Positions 46,545 through 63,393 of a stretch of DNA of 64,000 bases are shown here, one piece after another. Source of the stretch: Actinomycetota bacterium. Its GTDB lineage: Bacteria > Actinomycetota > Actinomycetes > S36-B12. A program made the position numbers and the translations under genes. Location of the stretch: NCBI GenBank assembly GCA_016870515.1, contig VGBL01000005.1, positions 3,373-67,372 of the forward strand, written 5' to 3'. The notes under the pieces were generated by a model. That model searched no databases. It had not been told where the DNA came from and saw only the letters and a program-made list of their open reading frames with translations. Position 1 is the stretch's first letter; the number at the start of each line of letters is the position of its first letter.

Positions 46545-46587
46545 CTGAAAACCTTCCGTCGTCTCTTGTCGTGTGTGTCGCCGCCGA

Positions 46588-47058
46588 TTACCAGCGGTAG
46601 TGGGCGAATGCCTTGTTGGACTCGGCCATCTTGTGCGTGTCTTCGCGCTTCTTGACGCTCGCGCCCAGGCCATTGGAGGCATCGAGGATCTCGTTCATCA
46701 GCCGCTCGGTCATGGTCTTCTCACGACGCTGGCGAGCGAAGCTCACGAGCCAGCGCAGGGCGAGGGTGGTGCTGCGCCCGGCCTTGACCTCGACCGGCAC
46801 CTGGTAGGTGGCGCCGCCCACGCGACGGGACCGGACCTCGAGGGTGGGACGGATGTTGTCGAGGGCGCGCTTGAGTGTGGCGACCGGATCGGTGCCGGTC
46901 TTCTCGCGGGAGCCCTCGAGGGCGCCGTAGACGATGGCCTCGGCGGTCGAGCGCTTGCCGTCGAGCAGGATCTTGTTGATGAGCTGGGTGACCAGCGGTG
47001 ACGAGTAGACCGGATCGATGACGACCGGTCGCTTCTCAGCGGGGCCCTTGCGCGGCAT
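46588..47058 (-). CDS. rpsG: 30S ribosomal protein S7
   Basis: Trimmed to the ATG at 47058, overlapping the rpsL stop: [29 protein letters not shown]. Confidence 0.96.
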   Translation of the reverse strand: MPRKGPAEKRPVVIDPVYSSPLVTQLINKILLDGKRSTAEAIVYGALEGSREKTGTDPVATLKRALDNIRPTLEVRSRRVGGATYQVPVEVKAGRSTTLALRWLVSFARQRREKTMTERLMNEILDASNGLGASVKKREDTHKMAESNKAFAHYRW

Positions 47059-47432
47059 CAGCCCTTCTCCTTCTTCGCGCCGTAGCGGGAGCGGGCCTGC
47101 TTGCGGTTCTTCACGCCCTGGGTGTCGAGGGCGCCGCGGATGATCTTGTAGCGGACCCCGGGGAGGTCCTTTACGCGCCCGCCCCGGACGAGGACGATTG
47201 AGTGCTCTTGGAGGTTGTGGCCCACGCCGGGGATGTAGGCGGTGACCTCGATGCCAGACGACAGACGGACGCGGGCCACCTTGCGAAGCGCAGAATTGGG
47301 CTTCTTGGGGGTGGTGGTGTAGACGCGCGTGCAGACGCCGCGGCGCTGCGGGCTGCCCTTGAGCGCGGGCGTCTTGTTCTTCGCGATCTTGTCCTGTCGG
47401 CCCTTGCGGACCAACTGCTGGATCGTGGGCAC
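47058..47432 (-). CDS. rpsL: 30S ribosomal protein S12
   Basis: GTG at 47432 gives (M)[14 protein letters not shown]..., 124 aa. K43 and K88 equivalents are unchanged. Confidence 0.96.
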   Translation of the reverse strand: MPTIQQLVRKGRQDKIAKNKTPALKGSPQRRGVCTRVYTTTPKKPNSALRKVARVRLSSGIEVTAYIPGVGHNLQEHSIVLVRGGRVKDLPGVRYKIIRGALDTQGVKNRKQARSRYGAKKEKG

Positions 47433-47609
47433 TACGTCTCCATCCATGAGCTTCCGACCGCACTGTCCGTTTCAGCCGATTTCTCCCGCCCCCGCGCTCG
47501 GGTGTGTCGCATTCCCCGTGAGGGGAGCGACCTCGAGCTTCGCTGGAGGAAGACCGGCGCGGAACGTGCATGCGCGGGCGCCTGGGGCGGGCCCCAAGCA
47601 CGAGGGAAA

Positions 47610-47638
47610 AGATTACCGGGCAGGTCCCGGGCGGTCAA
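47610..47638 (-). promoter_or_regulatory. Putative str-operon promoter (TTGACC-17 nt-TAATCT)
   Basis: The minus strand reads cggTTTTGACCgcccgggacctgcccggTAATCT, about 170 nt upstream of the rpsL start. Confidence 0.45.
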
Positions 47639-47661
47639 AACCGAGGTGCCCCAGCGGCCGG

Positions 47662-48276
47662 CTACATGCCCTGGGTTGTGGCGGCGAGGACACTGACGAC
47701 GAGTAAGACGAGCCCGAGGCCGATGATGATCGCGGCAAAGAGCCCGATGTTGATCCACGAGACGATGCGCGTCGTCGTATTGAGGCCTTCTCCCCCGATG
47801 GCCCCGTGCGATGCAGCGATCTCCTGCCGGGACTTCTCCGCCAGCACGAGGGCAATGATCGCGGGAACGATGGGGCAGGCAAGCCAGGAGATGATCGCCA
47901 GGACCAGGCCCACGATCGCCTTGGTCGAGGTGGTCGGAGTGGTTTGGGCGTAGGCATAACCCGCGGGCGCATAGGCCCCGGGGGGCGCGTAGGCGGGGGG
48001 CTGCGGGTAGGTCGCTGCCCCCTGGGGTGGCCAAGTGGGAGGCGGTGCATAGCCCGGCGGCGGCGGCGGGGTCGCTGCCGGCGTCGATGCCCCTCCAGTC
48101 GGGTCCGGCGCGGCAGGACTGCTCGACTCGGCGGGCGGCGGCGCAGGAGCGGGCGGCGGTGCAACCGCCTCGGCAGCGGGCGCGGGCGGCATCGGTGAGG
48201 TGGCCTCAGGCGTCGGCTCGGGCGTCGGCTCGGGCCGGGCCGGGGCCTCGTCTGCGGGCGGTTGCTGGTCGCTCAT
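47662..48276 (-). CDS. Proline-rich membrane protein with a C-terminal two-helix (DUF4190-like) domain
   Basis: Trimmed from track ORF 47662..48507 to the ATG at 48276: MSDQQPPADEAP..., a PxP/YAPP-rich region, then TSTKAIVGLVLAIISWLACPIVPAIIALVLA... and a second TM helix. Confidence 0.7.
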   Translation of the reverse strand: MSDQQPPADEAPARPEPTPEPTPEATSPMPPAPAAEAVAPPPAPAPPPAESSSPAAPDPTGGASTPAATPPPPPGYAPPPTWPPQGAATYPQPPAYAPPGAYAPAGYAYAQTTPTTSTKAIVGLVLAIISWLACPIVPAIIALVLAEKSRQEIAASHGAIGGEGLNTTTRIVSWINIGLFAAIIIGLGLVLLVVSVLAATTQGM

Positions 48277-48386
48277 GGCCGCACAGTAAGCGACCACCCC
48301 GCGGTTTGGCCCGGCGGCGCCGGTGCGGGGGGCATGGTTCCGGGATCCTCGCGGGGTGCCTCGGGCTTGGGCTGCTGATCGCTCAT
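48273..48386 (-). CDS. 37-codon ORF duplicating the downstream gene's N-terminus (uORF or remnant)
   Basis: MSDQQPKPEAPREDPGTMPPAPAPPGQTAGWSLTVRP. Its TGA overlaps the next ATG (ATGA). No clear SD. Confidence 0.3.
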   Translation of the reverse strand: MSDQQPKPEAPREDPGTMPPAPAPPGQTAGWSLTVRP

Positions 48387-48711
48387 GAATCTCAGGGTAG
48401 TCGAGTACTCGTGCGCGAAGCCGCCCCAGGGCGTAACCGGGGGCTCCGCGCCTGATACCGCAGCTTCCACCCGCTGCCCGGTGATCGATAGGTAGGCGCC
48501 ATCGCACCTGCAGGAAGCTGGCCGACTGGAAACCGCGATTCCAACCCCCAGACCGCGGGAAACGGGCGGCCAGCAGGGGGCAACGCGCGGCCCTCGCCTC
48601 AGCGCGGCCTCAGCCTCAGCGGGGCGCTCCCCTCCCCGGGCCCGGCTACAACTGATCAGCGCCACGGGATTCCGCGGACAGCCACGTAGTCGCACTGGCT
48701 CGGACATGCGT

Positions 48712-48743
48712 GAGGGGCGGATGCCCAACGGCACCCGCCCCTC
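48712..48743 (-). terminator. Hairpin about 28 nt downstream of the rpoC stop
   Basis: GAGGGGCGG-14 nt-CCGCCCCTC, a perfect 9-bp stem. No U tract. Confidence 0.45.
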
Positions 48744-48770
48744 CCTGTCCATCGATGAAGGGTCGATCGA

Positions 48771-52643
<3,873 letters not shown>

Positions 52644-52694
52644 CCTGTGTCCTTTGCCTTGTCGTTGCGCGTGTGTTGTCGGTTGTGGGTGTGC

Positions 52695-56153
<3,459 letters not shown>

Positions 56154-56460
56154 GAGGGGTCCTTCCACAGTATGTGCCTGGGCGCGCGGCATCGCCGGTG
56201 TCAAACCGGATGAGGGCAGCGCGAACCGGCAGCATACCCCGTGGGCACGCCGCTGTCGACCCCCGGTCGGCCCGTCCGCCGGCCCTCGACCGCTCCGGGC
56301 CCTTCCGACGGGGGCGACAGGACCCCTGCGGTGGCACTCGGCACGATCCTCGGCTCGGAGGTCGGGGGCTAGGCCCCGCGCCTCGGAGGTTGTGCGTAAG
56401 ACGATGGTGGCCCGAATGCGCCCTGGAGTCAAGAGCCGTGACCGGAATGAGACTTGGCGC

Positions 56461-56491
56461 TCGACAGGGGCGGCAAGGCCGCCCCTGTCGA
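56461..56491 (-). terminator. Second hairpin after rplL (14-bp perfect palindrome)
   Basis: TCGACAGGGGCGGC-aag-GCCGCCCCTGTCGA. Part of the 29-nt repeat described in findings. Confidence 0.45.
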
Positions 56492-56506
56492 GCTGCCCGG
56501 GCTTGC

Positions 56507-56543
56507 CAGAAGGGGGGCACCCAGGCCTGGGCGCCCCCTTCTG
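56507..56543 (-). terminator. First hairpin, 8 nt after the rplL stop (terminator/attenuator before rpoB)
   Basis: CAGAAGGGGGGCACCCAGG/CCTGGGCGCCCCCTTCTG, about 17 bp with one bulge and one mismatch. Confidence 0.5.
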
Positions 56544-56551
56544 GGGAGGAC

Positions 56552-56947
56552 TTACGTCAAGGTGACGGTGGCGCCGGCGCCCTCGAGGGCGGCCTTGGCC
56601 TTGTCGGCCGTCTCCTTGTTGACCTTCTCCAGGACCGGCTTGGGGGCACCCTCGACAAGATCCTTGGCCTCCTTAAGGCCGAGGTTCGTGAGCGCGCGCA
56701 CCTCCTTGATGACCGGGATCTTGTTGTCACCGGAGGCCTCGAGGATGACGTCGAACTCATCCTGATCGCCGCCCGCAGCAGCGGCCTCGCCGCCACCGCC
56801 AGCTGCCGGGGCCGCCGCGGCCACGGCGACGGGGGCGGCAGCGGTGACCTCGAAGGTGTCCTCGAAGGCCTTCACGAACTCGGAGAGCTCGATGAGGGTC
56901 ATCTCCTTGAACACGTCGAGCAATTCGTCGGTGCTCATCTTCGCCAT
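56552..56947 (-). CDS. rplL: 50S ribosomal protein L7/L12
   Basis: Trimmed to the ATG at 56947 ([34 protein letters not shown]...[16 protein letters not shown]). Confidence 0.96.
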   Translation of the reverse strand: MAKMSTDELLDVFKEMTLIELSEFVKAFEDTFEVTAAAPVAVAAAAPAAGGGGEAAAAGGDQDEFDVILEASGDNKIPVIKEVRALTNLGLKEAKDLVEGAPKPVLEKVNKETADKAKAALEGAGATVTLT

Positions 56948-56999
56948 GGTGGCGTTCCTTTCATGATCCGGCCGAGGGCCGGGGTGGTGGTGTGGGCCT

Positions 57000-57779
57000 T
57001 CAGCCCTCGGACTCTGTGGTGGACTCGGGCGAGGCCGCAGCCTCGGCTGAGGCCTCGGCCTCCGGGGTGGAACTCTCGTGGTGCAGCACGCCCTCGACCG
57101 CCTCGGCAACTCTCTCGGCAGCGTGCTCGACGGCCTCGGCGACCTCCTCGACGGCCAACTCGACCACGGCCGCGGCGTCCTGGACGACGGCCGCAACACC
57201 TCTGGCCGCGGAGCCCGACGATGACGGCTCTGCCGGCCCGCCGGCTCCCCCGATGACCGACGGGTCGGCCTCGGCCTTGACGCGCAGGGCGTCGATGGTG
57301 CGGGCGGCCGCAGACAGGGGAGCCGCGAAGAGTGAGACCGCCTGCGACATCGAGACCTTCATCGCGCCGGCCAGCTTGGCCAGGAGGACCTCGCGGGACT
57401 CGAGGTCGGCCAACTTCTTGATTTCGGCGGCGTCGAGGATGCGGCCGTCCATGTAGCCGGCCTTGAGCACCAGGAGCGGATTCTCCTTGGCGAAGTTCTT
57501 CAGGCTCTTGGCGCCTTCGACCGGGTCGCCCTTGATGAAGGCGATCGCACTCGGACCCGAGAGCAGGGCTTCGAAGCCCTCGATGCCAGCCTCGCGAGCG
57601 GCAAGCTTGGTGAGGGTGTTCTTCACGACTGCGTAGTTGGCCACGCCCTGGAGCGATCGCCGAAGTTGGGTGATCTGGGAGACCGTGAGGCCGCGGTACT
57701 CGGTGAGTACGGCGGCGGACGACGTGCGGAACTCCTCGGTGAGCTCTGCGACAGTCGCGGCCTTGTCGTCGCGCGCCAT
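57000..57779 (-). CDS. rplJ: 50S ribosomal protein L10 with an ~80-aa acidic/Ala-rich C-terminal extension
   Basis: Trimmed to the ATG at 57779 ([33 protein letters not shown]). 259 aa, versus about 175-180 aa typically. Confidence 0.93.
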   Translation of the reverse strand: MARDDKAATVAELTEEFRTSSAAVLTEYRGLTVSQITQLRRSLQGVANYAVVKNTLTKLAAREAGIEGFEALLSGPSAIAFIKGDPVEGAKSLKNFAKENPLLVLKAGYMDGRILDAAEIKKLADLESREVLLAKLAGAMKVSMSQAVSLFAAPLSAAARTIDALRVKAEADPSVIGGAGGPAEPSSSGSAARGVAAVVQDAAAVVELAVEEVAEAVEHAAERVAEAVEGVLHHESSTPEAEASAEAAASPESTTESEG

Positions 57780-57889
57780 GCGCTCCTCCTGCTCCTGGCT
57801 AGGCGGTCCGGTGGGACGCGCGCGCAGGTCAGGCTCCGCGGGATGCGGATCCAACCTGCGCAGGCTGCCCGTGGCGCCCTTGGCCCGGC

Positions 57890-57956
57890 GGAGCGGCAAG
57901 GCCGCCCCTGTCGGGCTGCCCGGTGGAGCGGCAAGGCCGTCCTGCTGGGCTGCGAG
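57890..57956 (-). repeat. Two tandem ~33-nt units in the rplJ 5' leader
   Basis: On the plus strand: GGAGCGGCAAGGCCGCCCCTGTCGGGCTGCCCG followed by TGGAGCGGCAAGGCCGTCCTGCTGGGCTGCGAG. Confidence 0.6.
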
Positions 57957-58050
57957 CACCGGGACCTTCGGCCAGCCCGGAAGGGCTGGCAACCGGCGGT
58001 CTTTGGTCGGGCCCGTCGGGGCGGCGTTGCCGATCTGACGGGCTGGGGAA

Positions 58051-58080
58051 AGGGTACGGGTCGCGCGCGGGCCCGGTCAA
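58051..58080 (-). promoter_or_regulatory. Putative rplJL promoter (TTGACC-18 nt-TACCCT)
   Basis: The minus strand reads AGGGGCCGTTTTGACC...TACCCT, about 265 nt upstream of the rplJ start. Confidence 0.4.
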
Positions 58081-58110
58081 AACGGCCCCTCGGGTGACCC
58101 GTGCTCCCGC

Positions 58111-58821
58111 TTAGTCGGAGTCGGACCAGTCGGCGCGCGTGACATTGGTGTCGAGCGGGATGCCCGGCCCCATGGTGGTCGACATCGTCGCCTTCTTGAT
58201 GTAACGGCCCTTGGCTGCCGAGGGCTTGGCACGCAGGATCTCGTCGAGTGCTGCCGCGTAATTCTCCGCAAGCTGGGTGTCGGTGAAGGACGCCTTGCCG
58301 ATGGGAAACTGCAGGTTGGAGTTCTTGTCGACGCGGAACTCGATCTTGCCGCCCTTGATGTCGTCGACCGCCTTGGCGACGTCGAGGGTCACCGTGCCGG
58401 TCTTGGGGTTGGGCATAAGGCCGCGCGGACCGAGGACCTTGCCAAGACGGCCCACCTTGCCCATGAGGTCGGGGGTCGAGACAGCGGCGTCGAAATCGGT
58501 CCAGCCTCCCGCCACGCGGTCGATGAGCTCGTCGGCGCCGACCTCGTCGGCGCCGGCCGCCCGCGCCTCGTCCGCCTTCTCGCCAGCGGCGAAGACGATG
58601 ACCCGAGCGGTCTTGCCCGTGCCGTGGGGCAGGTTGACGGTGCCGCGGACCATCTGGTCGGCCTTGCGCGGGTCGACGCCCAGGCACATGGAGATTTCCA
58701 CGGTGGGGTCGAACTTGGTCTTGGCCGACTGCTTCGCCACGCGTGCGGCGTCCAGCGGCGTATAGAACTTCTCGGGCTCGATCAGCTCGAGGGCCTGGCG
58801 GTAGGCCTTACTGCGCTTCAT
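58111..58821 (-). CDS. rplA: 50S ribosomal protein L1
   Basis: 236 aa: [28 protein letters not shown]. Confidence 0.96.
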   Translation of the reverse strand: MKRSKAYRQALELIEPEKFYTPLDAARVAKQSAKTKFDPTVEISMCLGVDPRKADQMVRGTVNLPHGTGKTARVIVFAAGEKADEARAAGADEVGADELIDRVAGGWTDFDAAVSTPDLMGKVGRLGKVLGPRGLMPNPKTGTVTLDVAKAVDDIKGGKIEFRVDKNSNLQFPIGKASFTDTQLAENYAAALDEILRAKPSAAKGRYIKKATMSTTMGPGIPLDTNVTRADWSDSD

Positions 58822-58947
58822 CTCTGCTCTCCTTCGTTGGCAGGTGTGGTCTGGCGGGCCGCGCTCGACCCTCCCACTCGGGGAACTTCCCCATCCGGCG
58901 TGGCCCGACAGGGGCGGCTCAGCCGCCTCGCCGGGCCGAGCCGGAAG

Positions 58948-59376
58948 CTATCCGGTGACCGTCACTCCCATTTGACGTGCGGTGCCCTCGATGATTTTCA
59001 TCGCGGCGTCGATGTCGTTGGCATTGAGGTCGGGCATCTTGGTCTCGGCGATCTCGCGGACCTGCGCCCGCGTGATCGAGCCGGCGACCTTTGGCGCGTT
59101 GCCCGACCCCTTCTCGATGCCCGCGGCCTTCAGGATCAGGCGGGCGGCCGGCGGGGTCTTGAGGGTGAAGTCGAAGCTGCGGTCTTCGTAGACCGTGATC
59201 TCCACGGGGATGACCTGGCCGCGCTGGCTTTCGGTGGCGGCGTTGTAGGCCTTGCAGAAGTCCATGATGTTGACGCCGTGCTGGCCCAGGGCAGGGCCCA
59301 CCGGCGGGGCCGGGTTGGCCTGGCCAGCCTGGATCTGCAGTTTGATCATGCCGGCGATCTTCTTCTTGGGTGCCAT
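58948..59376 (-). CDS. rplK: 50S ribosomal protein L11
   Basis: 142 aa: [35 protein letters not shown]. Confidence 0.96.
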   Translation of the reverse strand: MAPKKKIAGMIKLQIQAGQANPAPPVGPALGQHGVNIMDFCKAYNAATESQRGQVIPVEITVYEDRSFDFTLKTPPAARLILKAAGIEKGSGNAPKVAGSITRAQVREIAETKMPDLNANDIDAAMKIIEGTARQMGVTVTG

Positions 59377-59393
59377 GTGTGGTGTCCTCGTGA

Positions 59394-60251
59394 TCAGTTC
59401 TTCTGGATCTGGCTGAACGCCAGCTCGACGGGGGTCTCGCGGCCGAAGATCTCGACGAGGCCGGTGACCTTCTGGGCCTCGATGTTGATCTCGGAAATCG
59501 TTGCGTGCAGGGTCGCGAATGGACCGTCGACCACGGTGACCGAATCGCCCACCAAGAAGTCCACGACGCGAATCTCGGGAGCCGCTGCACCAGCACCCGC
59601 GGCCACCGGGACGCCGGCCTTGCGCTCGGGCGCAGGCGCGAGGATGGCGACGACCTCATCGAGCGACAGCGGCGACGGCTGGTGGCCGTGGCCGACGAAG
59701 CCCGTCACGCCCGGCGTGTGGCGCACGGTGCCCCACGACTCATCGGTGAGGTCCATGCGGACGAGGACGTAGCCGGGAAACTTCGTGCGGCGGACGAGCT
59801 TGCGCTGGCCCTGCTTGATCTCGGTGACCTCCTCCATGGGGACTTCTACCTGGAAGATGTAGTCCTCCATGTTGAGCGACACGATGCGTGTCTGGAGGTT
59901 GGACTTCACGCGGTTTTCATAGCCGGCGTAGGAGTGGACGACGAACCATTCCCCGGCTGCCAGGCGCATCTGGTCGCGGAACGCCTCGACCGGATCGACG
60001 TCGTCCTCCTCCGCCACTGCCTCAAAAGCGGCCTCGGAGAGGGCGATCTCGGCAACGGCGTCTTCGATGGCCTCTTCGACGACCTCTTCGGCCGCGAGCT
60101 CCTCGACGACCGCGTCCTCGGCTGCGGCGATCACGGCCTCCACCTCTACTGACTCACCGGGCACCTCGGACTGGAAGACCAGGGCCGGCGCAGGCGGAGC
60201 CGCCGTAACCTCATCGGCCTCGGCGGCAGGGGGCATGGGGGAATCAGTCAT
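59394..60251 (-). CDS. nusG: Transcription termination/antitermination factor NusG (acidic N-terminal extension of about 100 aa)
   Basis: 285 aa: ...[20 protein letters not shown]..., with the C-terminal KOW motif [18 protein letters not shown]. Confidence 0.95.
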   Translation of the reverse strand: MTDSPMPPAAEADEVTAAPPAPALVFQSEVPGESVEVEAVIAAAEDAVVEELAAEEVVEEAIEDAVAEIALSEAAFEAVAEEDDVDPVEAFRDQMRLAAGEWFVVHSYAGYENRVKSNLQTRIVSLNMEDYIFQVEVPMEEVTEIKQGQRKLVRRTKFPGYVLVRMDLTDESWGTVRHTPGVTGFVGHGHQPSPLSLDEVVAILAPAPERKAGVPVAAGAGAAAPEIRVVDFLVGDSVTVVDGPFATLHATISEINIEAQKVTGLVEIFGRETPVELAFSQIQKN

Positions 60252-60275
60252 GTGGTCGGGGCTCCTTGCATGTCC

Positions 60276-60494
60276 TCATCCGAAGATGAGGAGCACTCCA
60301 CGGGTGAAGACGAAGTCGAAGCCCGCCACGATGGCGGCCATCGCCAGGACGAAGACGACAACCACGATCGTGTAGGTGACGAGCTCCTTGCGGGTCGGCC
60401 AGATGACCTTGCGCAGCTCGGCAACCACCTGGCGAATGAACAGAGCCAGCCGTCCGAATATAGACAGCCGGGCATCTCCGCGTGCTTCGCTCAC
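60276..60494 (-). CDS. secE: Preprotein translocase subunit SecE
   Basis: Trimmed from track ORF 60276..60635 (which reads through the tRNA) to the GTG at 60494: ...[31 protein letters not shown]. Confidence 0.9.
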   Translation of the reverse strand: MSEARGDARLSIFGRLALFIRQVVAELRKVIWPTRKELVTYTIVVVVFVLAMAAIVAGFDFVFTRGVLLIFG

Positions 60495-60532
60495 GGTGCC
60501 TTCCTGACGATCGTTGCGGGTGGTGCGTGGAG

Positions 60533-60605
60533 CAGGGCCGGAGGGACTCGAACCCCCAACCACCGGTTTTGGAGACCGGGACTCTACCAATTGAGCTACG
60601 GCCCT
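60533..60605 (-). tRNA. trnW: tRNA-Trp (anticodon CCA), 73 nt, 3' CCA not encoded
   Basis: Hand-folded cloverleaf: AGGGCCG/CGGCCCT acceptor stem, CCGGT-CTCCAAA-ACCGG anticodon arm, GGGGG-TTCGAGT-CCCTC T arm. Canonical position upstream of secE. Confidence 0.9.
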
Positions 60606-60758
60606 TTGGCGACCGTCGTCCTGGCCCGCAACCACCCGGTGAAGGGCAGGGGCGATCAGGGTGGGAAAGCCACCGGCTACGGGAGTCTACGGGGGTGCCC
60701 CGGGGCCGGTCCAATCCCGGGTCCCCCCCGGCTGAGCGCGCACTGGTTGGATTCCCTC

Positions 60759-61958
60759 ATGACGCGAATCTCTCGCAGGATCGGCTCAATCACCGAATCG
60801 GCCACGCTCGCGGTCGATGCCAAGGCCAAGGCCCTGAAGGCGGCCGGGCGTCCGGTCATCGGTTTCGGTGCCGGCGAGCCGGACTTCCCCACCCCCGACT
60901 ACATCGTCGAGGCGGCCGTGGCCGCGTGCCGAGACCCGCGGTGGCATCGCTACACCCCCGCCCCCGGACTGCCGGAACTGCGCGAGGCCATCGCCGTCAA
61001 GACCCTGCGCGACAGCGGCTACGAGGTCAAGGCGAGCCAGGTGCTCGTCACCAACGGCGGCAAGCAGGCGCTCTACAACGCCTTCGCGGCCCTGCTCGAC
61101 CCCGGCGACGAGGCGATCCTGCCCGCGCCCTACTGGACGACGTATCCCGAGGCCATCAAGCTCGCCGGGGGCACCCCGGTGATCGTGGAGACATCCGAGG
61201 CGTCGGGCTACCGCGCAACGGTGGCCGAGTTGGAGGCCGTGCGTACCGACCGCACCAAGCTGCTCGTCTTCGTCTCGCCCTCCAATCCGACCGGTGCCGT
61301 CTACACCCCCGAGCAGGTCGCCGAGATCGGCCGCTGGGCAAACGAGCACGGCATCTGGGTCGTGAGCGACGAGATCTACGAGCACCTGGTCTACGGCGAT
61401 GCGGAGTTCGCGTCGATGCCCGTTCTGGTGCCGGAGATCGCCGATACGTGCGTGATCGTCAACGGCGTGGCCAAGACCTACGCCATGACGGGCTGGCGCG
61501 TGGGCTGGCTCATCGGGCCCGACAATGTGGTCAAGGCAGCCGGCAATCTCCAATCGCATGCGACCTCGAATGTCGCCAACGTCTCGCAGGTCGCCGCCCT
61601 GGCCGCCGTCTCCGGTGACCTCGCGGCCGTCGAGGAGATGAAGGTCGCCTTCGACCGGCGGCGCAAGCGGATCGTGGAGCTGCTCTCGGCTATCCCGGGC
61701 GTGGATTGCCCAACGCCCGAGGGGGCCTTCTATGTCTACCCCTCGGTGAAGGGCGTGCTGGGCAAGGAGATCCGGGGCAGGCGCCCGCAGGACTCCGCCG
61801 ATCTGGCCGGGCTGATCCTCGACGAGGTCGAGGTCGCGGCTGTGCCGGGGGAGGCGTTCGGCACGCCGGGCTACCTTCGCCTGTCGTATGCCACGAGCGA
61901 TGCAGACATCGAGGAGGGCGTGGGCCGCATCGCCACCCTCCTTGGTGAAGCCCGCTAG
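60759..61958 (+). CDS. PLP-dependent aspartate/aromatic aminotransferase (class I)
   Basis: Trimmed from track ORF 60252..61958 to the ATG at 60759 ([43 protein letters not shown]). Contains SPSNPTG and the PLP-binding Lys in [13 protein letters not shown]. Confidence 0.9.
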   Translation: MTRISRRIGSITESATLAVDAKAKALKAAGRPVIGFGAGEPDFPTPDYIVEAAVAACRDPRWHRYTPAPGLPELREAIAVKTLRDSGYEVKASQVLVTNGGKQALYNAFAALLDPGDEAILPAPYWTTYPEAIKLAGGTPVIVETSEASGYRATVAELEAVRTDRTKLLVFVSPSNPTGAVYTPEQVAEIGRWANEHGIWVVSDEIYEHLVYGDAEFASMPVLVPEIADTCVIVNGVAKTYAMTGWRVGWLIGPDNVVKAAGNLQSHATSNVANVSQVAALAAVSGDLAAVEEMKVAFDRRRKRIVELLSAIPGVDCPTPEGAFYVYPSVKGVLGKEIRGRRPQDSADLAGLILDEVEVAAVPGEAFGTPGYLRLSYATSDADIEEGVGRIATLLGEAR

Positions 61959-62974
61959 TCAAGGGAGCAGGCGACGAGCGTCGGCTCCGGCACCAGGTCG
62001 ATGCCATAGCGGTCGCTCACGCCGTCGCGGATGATCCGCGCCAGGCGCAGCACGTCAGACGCTGTGGCACCACCACGATTGGTGATCGCTAGGGTGTGCC
62101 GCGATGACAGGGCTGCGCGGCCATCGATGGTGAACCCGCGTGGGAATCCAGCGTGCTCGACAAGCCATGCCGCACTGGTCTTCACTCTCCCATCGGCCGC
62201 AGGCCAGTGCGGGGCTCCGTCGGGCACGGCTCCATCAACGAACGGGTTGGTGAAGAAGGAACCCACGCTCCACGTGTCGTGGTCTGCTTCCTGCAGCACC
62301 ATGCCCCTGCCGCGGCGGAGGTCGAGGACGGCAGCGCGTACATCGACCAGCGGGGCCCGCTCCCTCTCGGCGACGCCGAGGCGCGCCGCGAGCTCGGCGT
62401 AGCGGACAGGGGCGGAGAGCGAGCCGAGCGGGAGCTGGAAATCCACGGAGAGAACGACGTATCTCGCCGGCTCCTGCTTGAAGCGCGACGTGCGGTAGCC
62501 GAATCCGCACTCCCCGGCTGGGAGCACAGCAACCTCGCCCATGGTCCGGTCGTACGCGCGGACGCGCGCGATAGTGTCGGCCACCTCCTGGCCGTAGGCA
62601 CCGACGTTTTGGATCGGCGTTGCGCCCGTCAGCCCCGGAATGCCCGAGAGTGCCTCAACGCCGGACCACTCCTCCGCGACGGCCCGCGCGATCACGTCGT
62701 CCCAGGATTCCCCAGCGGCGACCGAGACCCACGCCCCTGAACACGGGTCGACGCTGACATCGATGCCGCGCGTGCGGACGAGAAGAACCTCGCCCGGGTA
62801 GCCGTCGTCGCCGACGACGACGTTGGTGCCGCCGCCCAGCACGAGGATGGGCGTGTCGGCCTGGTCGGCCGCCCGAACCGCCTCGATGACGTCCGACTCG
62901 GTGTGGGCCTCCTGCACGTCGCGGGCGGGTCCGCCGACCCGCAGCGACGTCAGGTCGGCAAGAGGCGTGCTCAC
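61955..62974 (-). CDS. murB: UDP-N-acetylenolpyruvoylglucosamine reductase
   Basis: 339 aa: [10 protein letters not shown]...[12 protein letters not shown], with a C-terminal MurB domain. Confidence 0.92.
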   Translation of the reverse strand: MSTPLADLTSLRVGGPARDVQEAHTESDVIEAVRAADQADTPILVLGGGTNVVVGDDGYPGEVLLVRTRGIDVSVDPCSGAWVSVAAGESWDDVIARAVAEEWSGVEALSGIPGLTGATPIQNVGAYGQEVADTIARVRAYDRTMGEVAVLPAGECGFGYRTSRFKQEPARYVVLSVDFQLPLGSLSAPVRYAELAARLGVAERERAPLVDVRAAVLDLRRGRGMVLQEADHDTWSVGSFFTNPFVDGAVPDGAPHWPAADGRVKTSAAWLVEHAGFPRGFTIDGRAALSSRHTLAITNRGGATASDVLRLARIIRDGVSDRYGIDLVPEPTLVACSLD

Positions 62975-63393
62975 GGCAGCTGGACGATCGCGACCGCGTT
63001 GCCGAGGACCTTCTGGTTGGCGTGGGTAGCGGTCAGCATGATCTTGACGCGGCGGTCGTCGAGCAACTCGGTGACCTCACCGGACACCTCGATCTGTGAG
63101 CCGTGGTCGTCATTGGGCACGGGGACGGGCCGGGTGAAGCGGACGGAGAACTCCTTTAGGGCTCCGGGATCCCCGACCCAACCGGTGACGACGCGCGCCG
63201 CCTCGGCCATCGTGAACATGCCGTGCGCGATCACGTCGGGAAGGCCCACGGAGGTAGCAAACTTCTCGTTCCAGTGGATGGGATTGAAGTCGCCCGAGGC
63301 CCCGGCGTATCGAACGAGATGGAAGCGGGTGACGGGGAACGTCTGGGTCGGAAGAGCAGTGCCGACGGCGACGTCGGAGTAGGCGATGGCCAT
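62971..63393 (-). CDS. MaoC-like (3R)-hydroxyacyl dehydratase subunit, HadB-like
   Basis: 140 aa with the hotdog-fold motif YAGASGDFNPIHWNEKFA...VIAHG. Confidence 0.85.
   Translation of the reverse strand: MAIAYSDVAVGTALPTQTFPVTRFHLVRYAGASGDFNPIHWNEKFATSVGLPDVIAHGMFTMAEAARVVTGWVGDPGALKEFSVRFTRPVPVPNDDHGSQIEVSGEVTELLDDRRVKIMLTATHANQKVLGNAVAIVQLP

Noticed and set aside
60533-60760. tRNA-Trp as a potential integration hotspot for a genomic island.
   Set aside because: There is no integrase, no direct repeat of the tRNA 3' end and no compositional shift nearby. The flanks are secE and a housekeeping aminotransferase.
61955-61958. Convergent aminotransferase and murB genes share a palindromic CTAG that supplies both stop codons.
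   Set aside because: This is a real but trivial 4-nt overlap of convergent genes, with no further structure around it.
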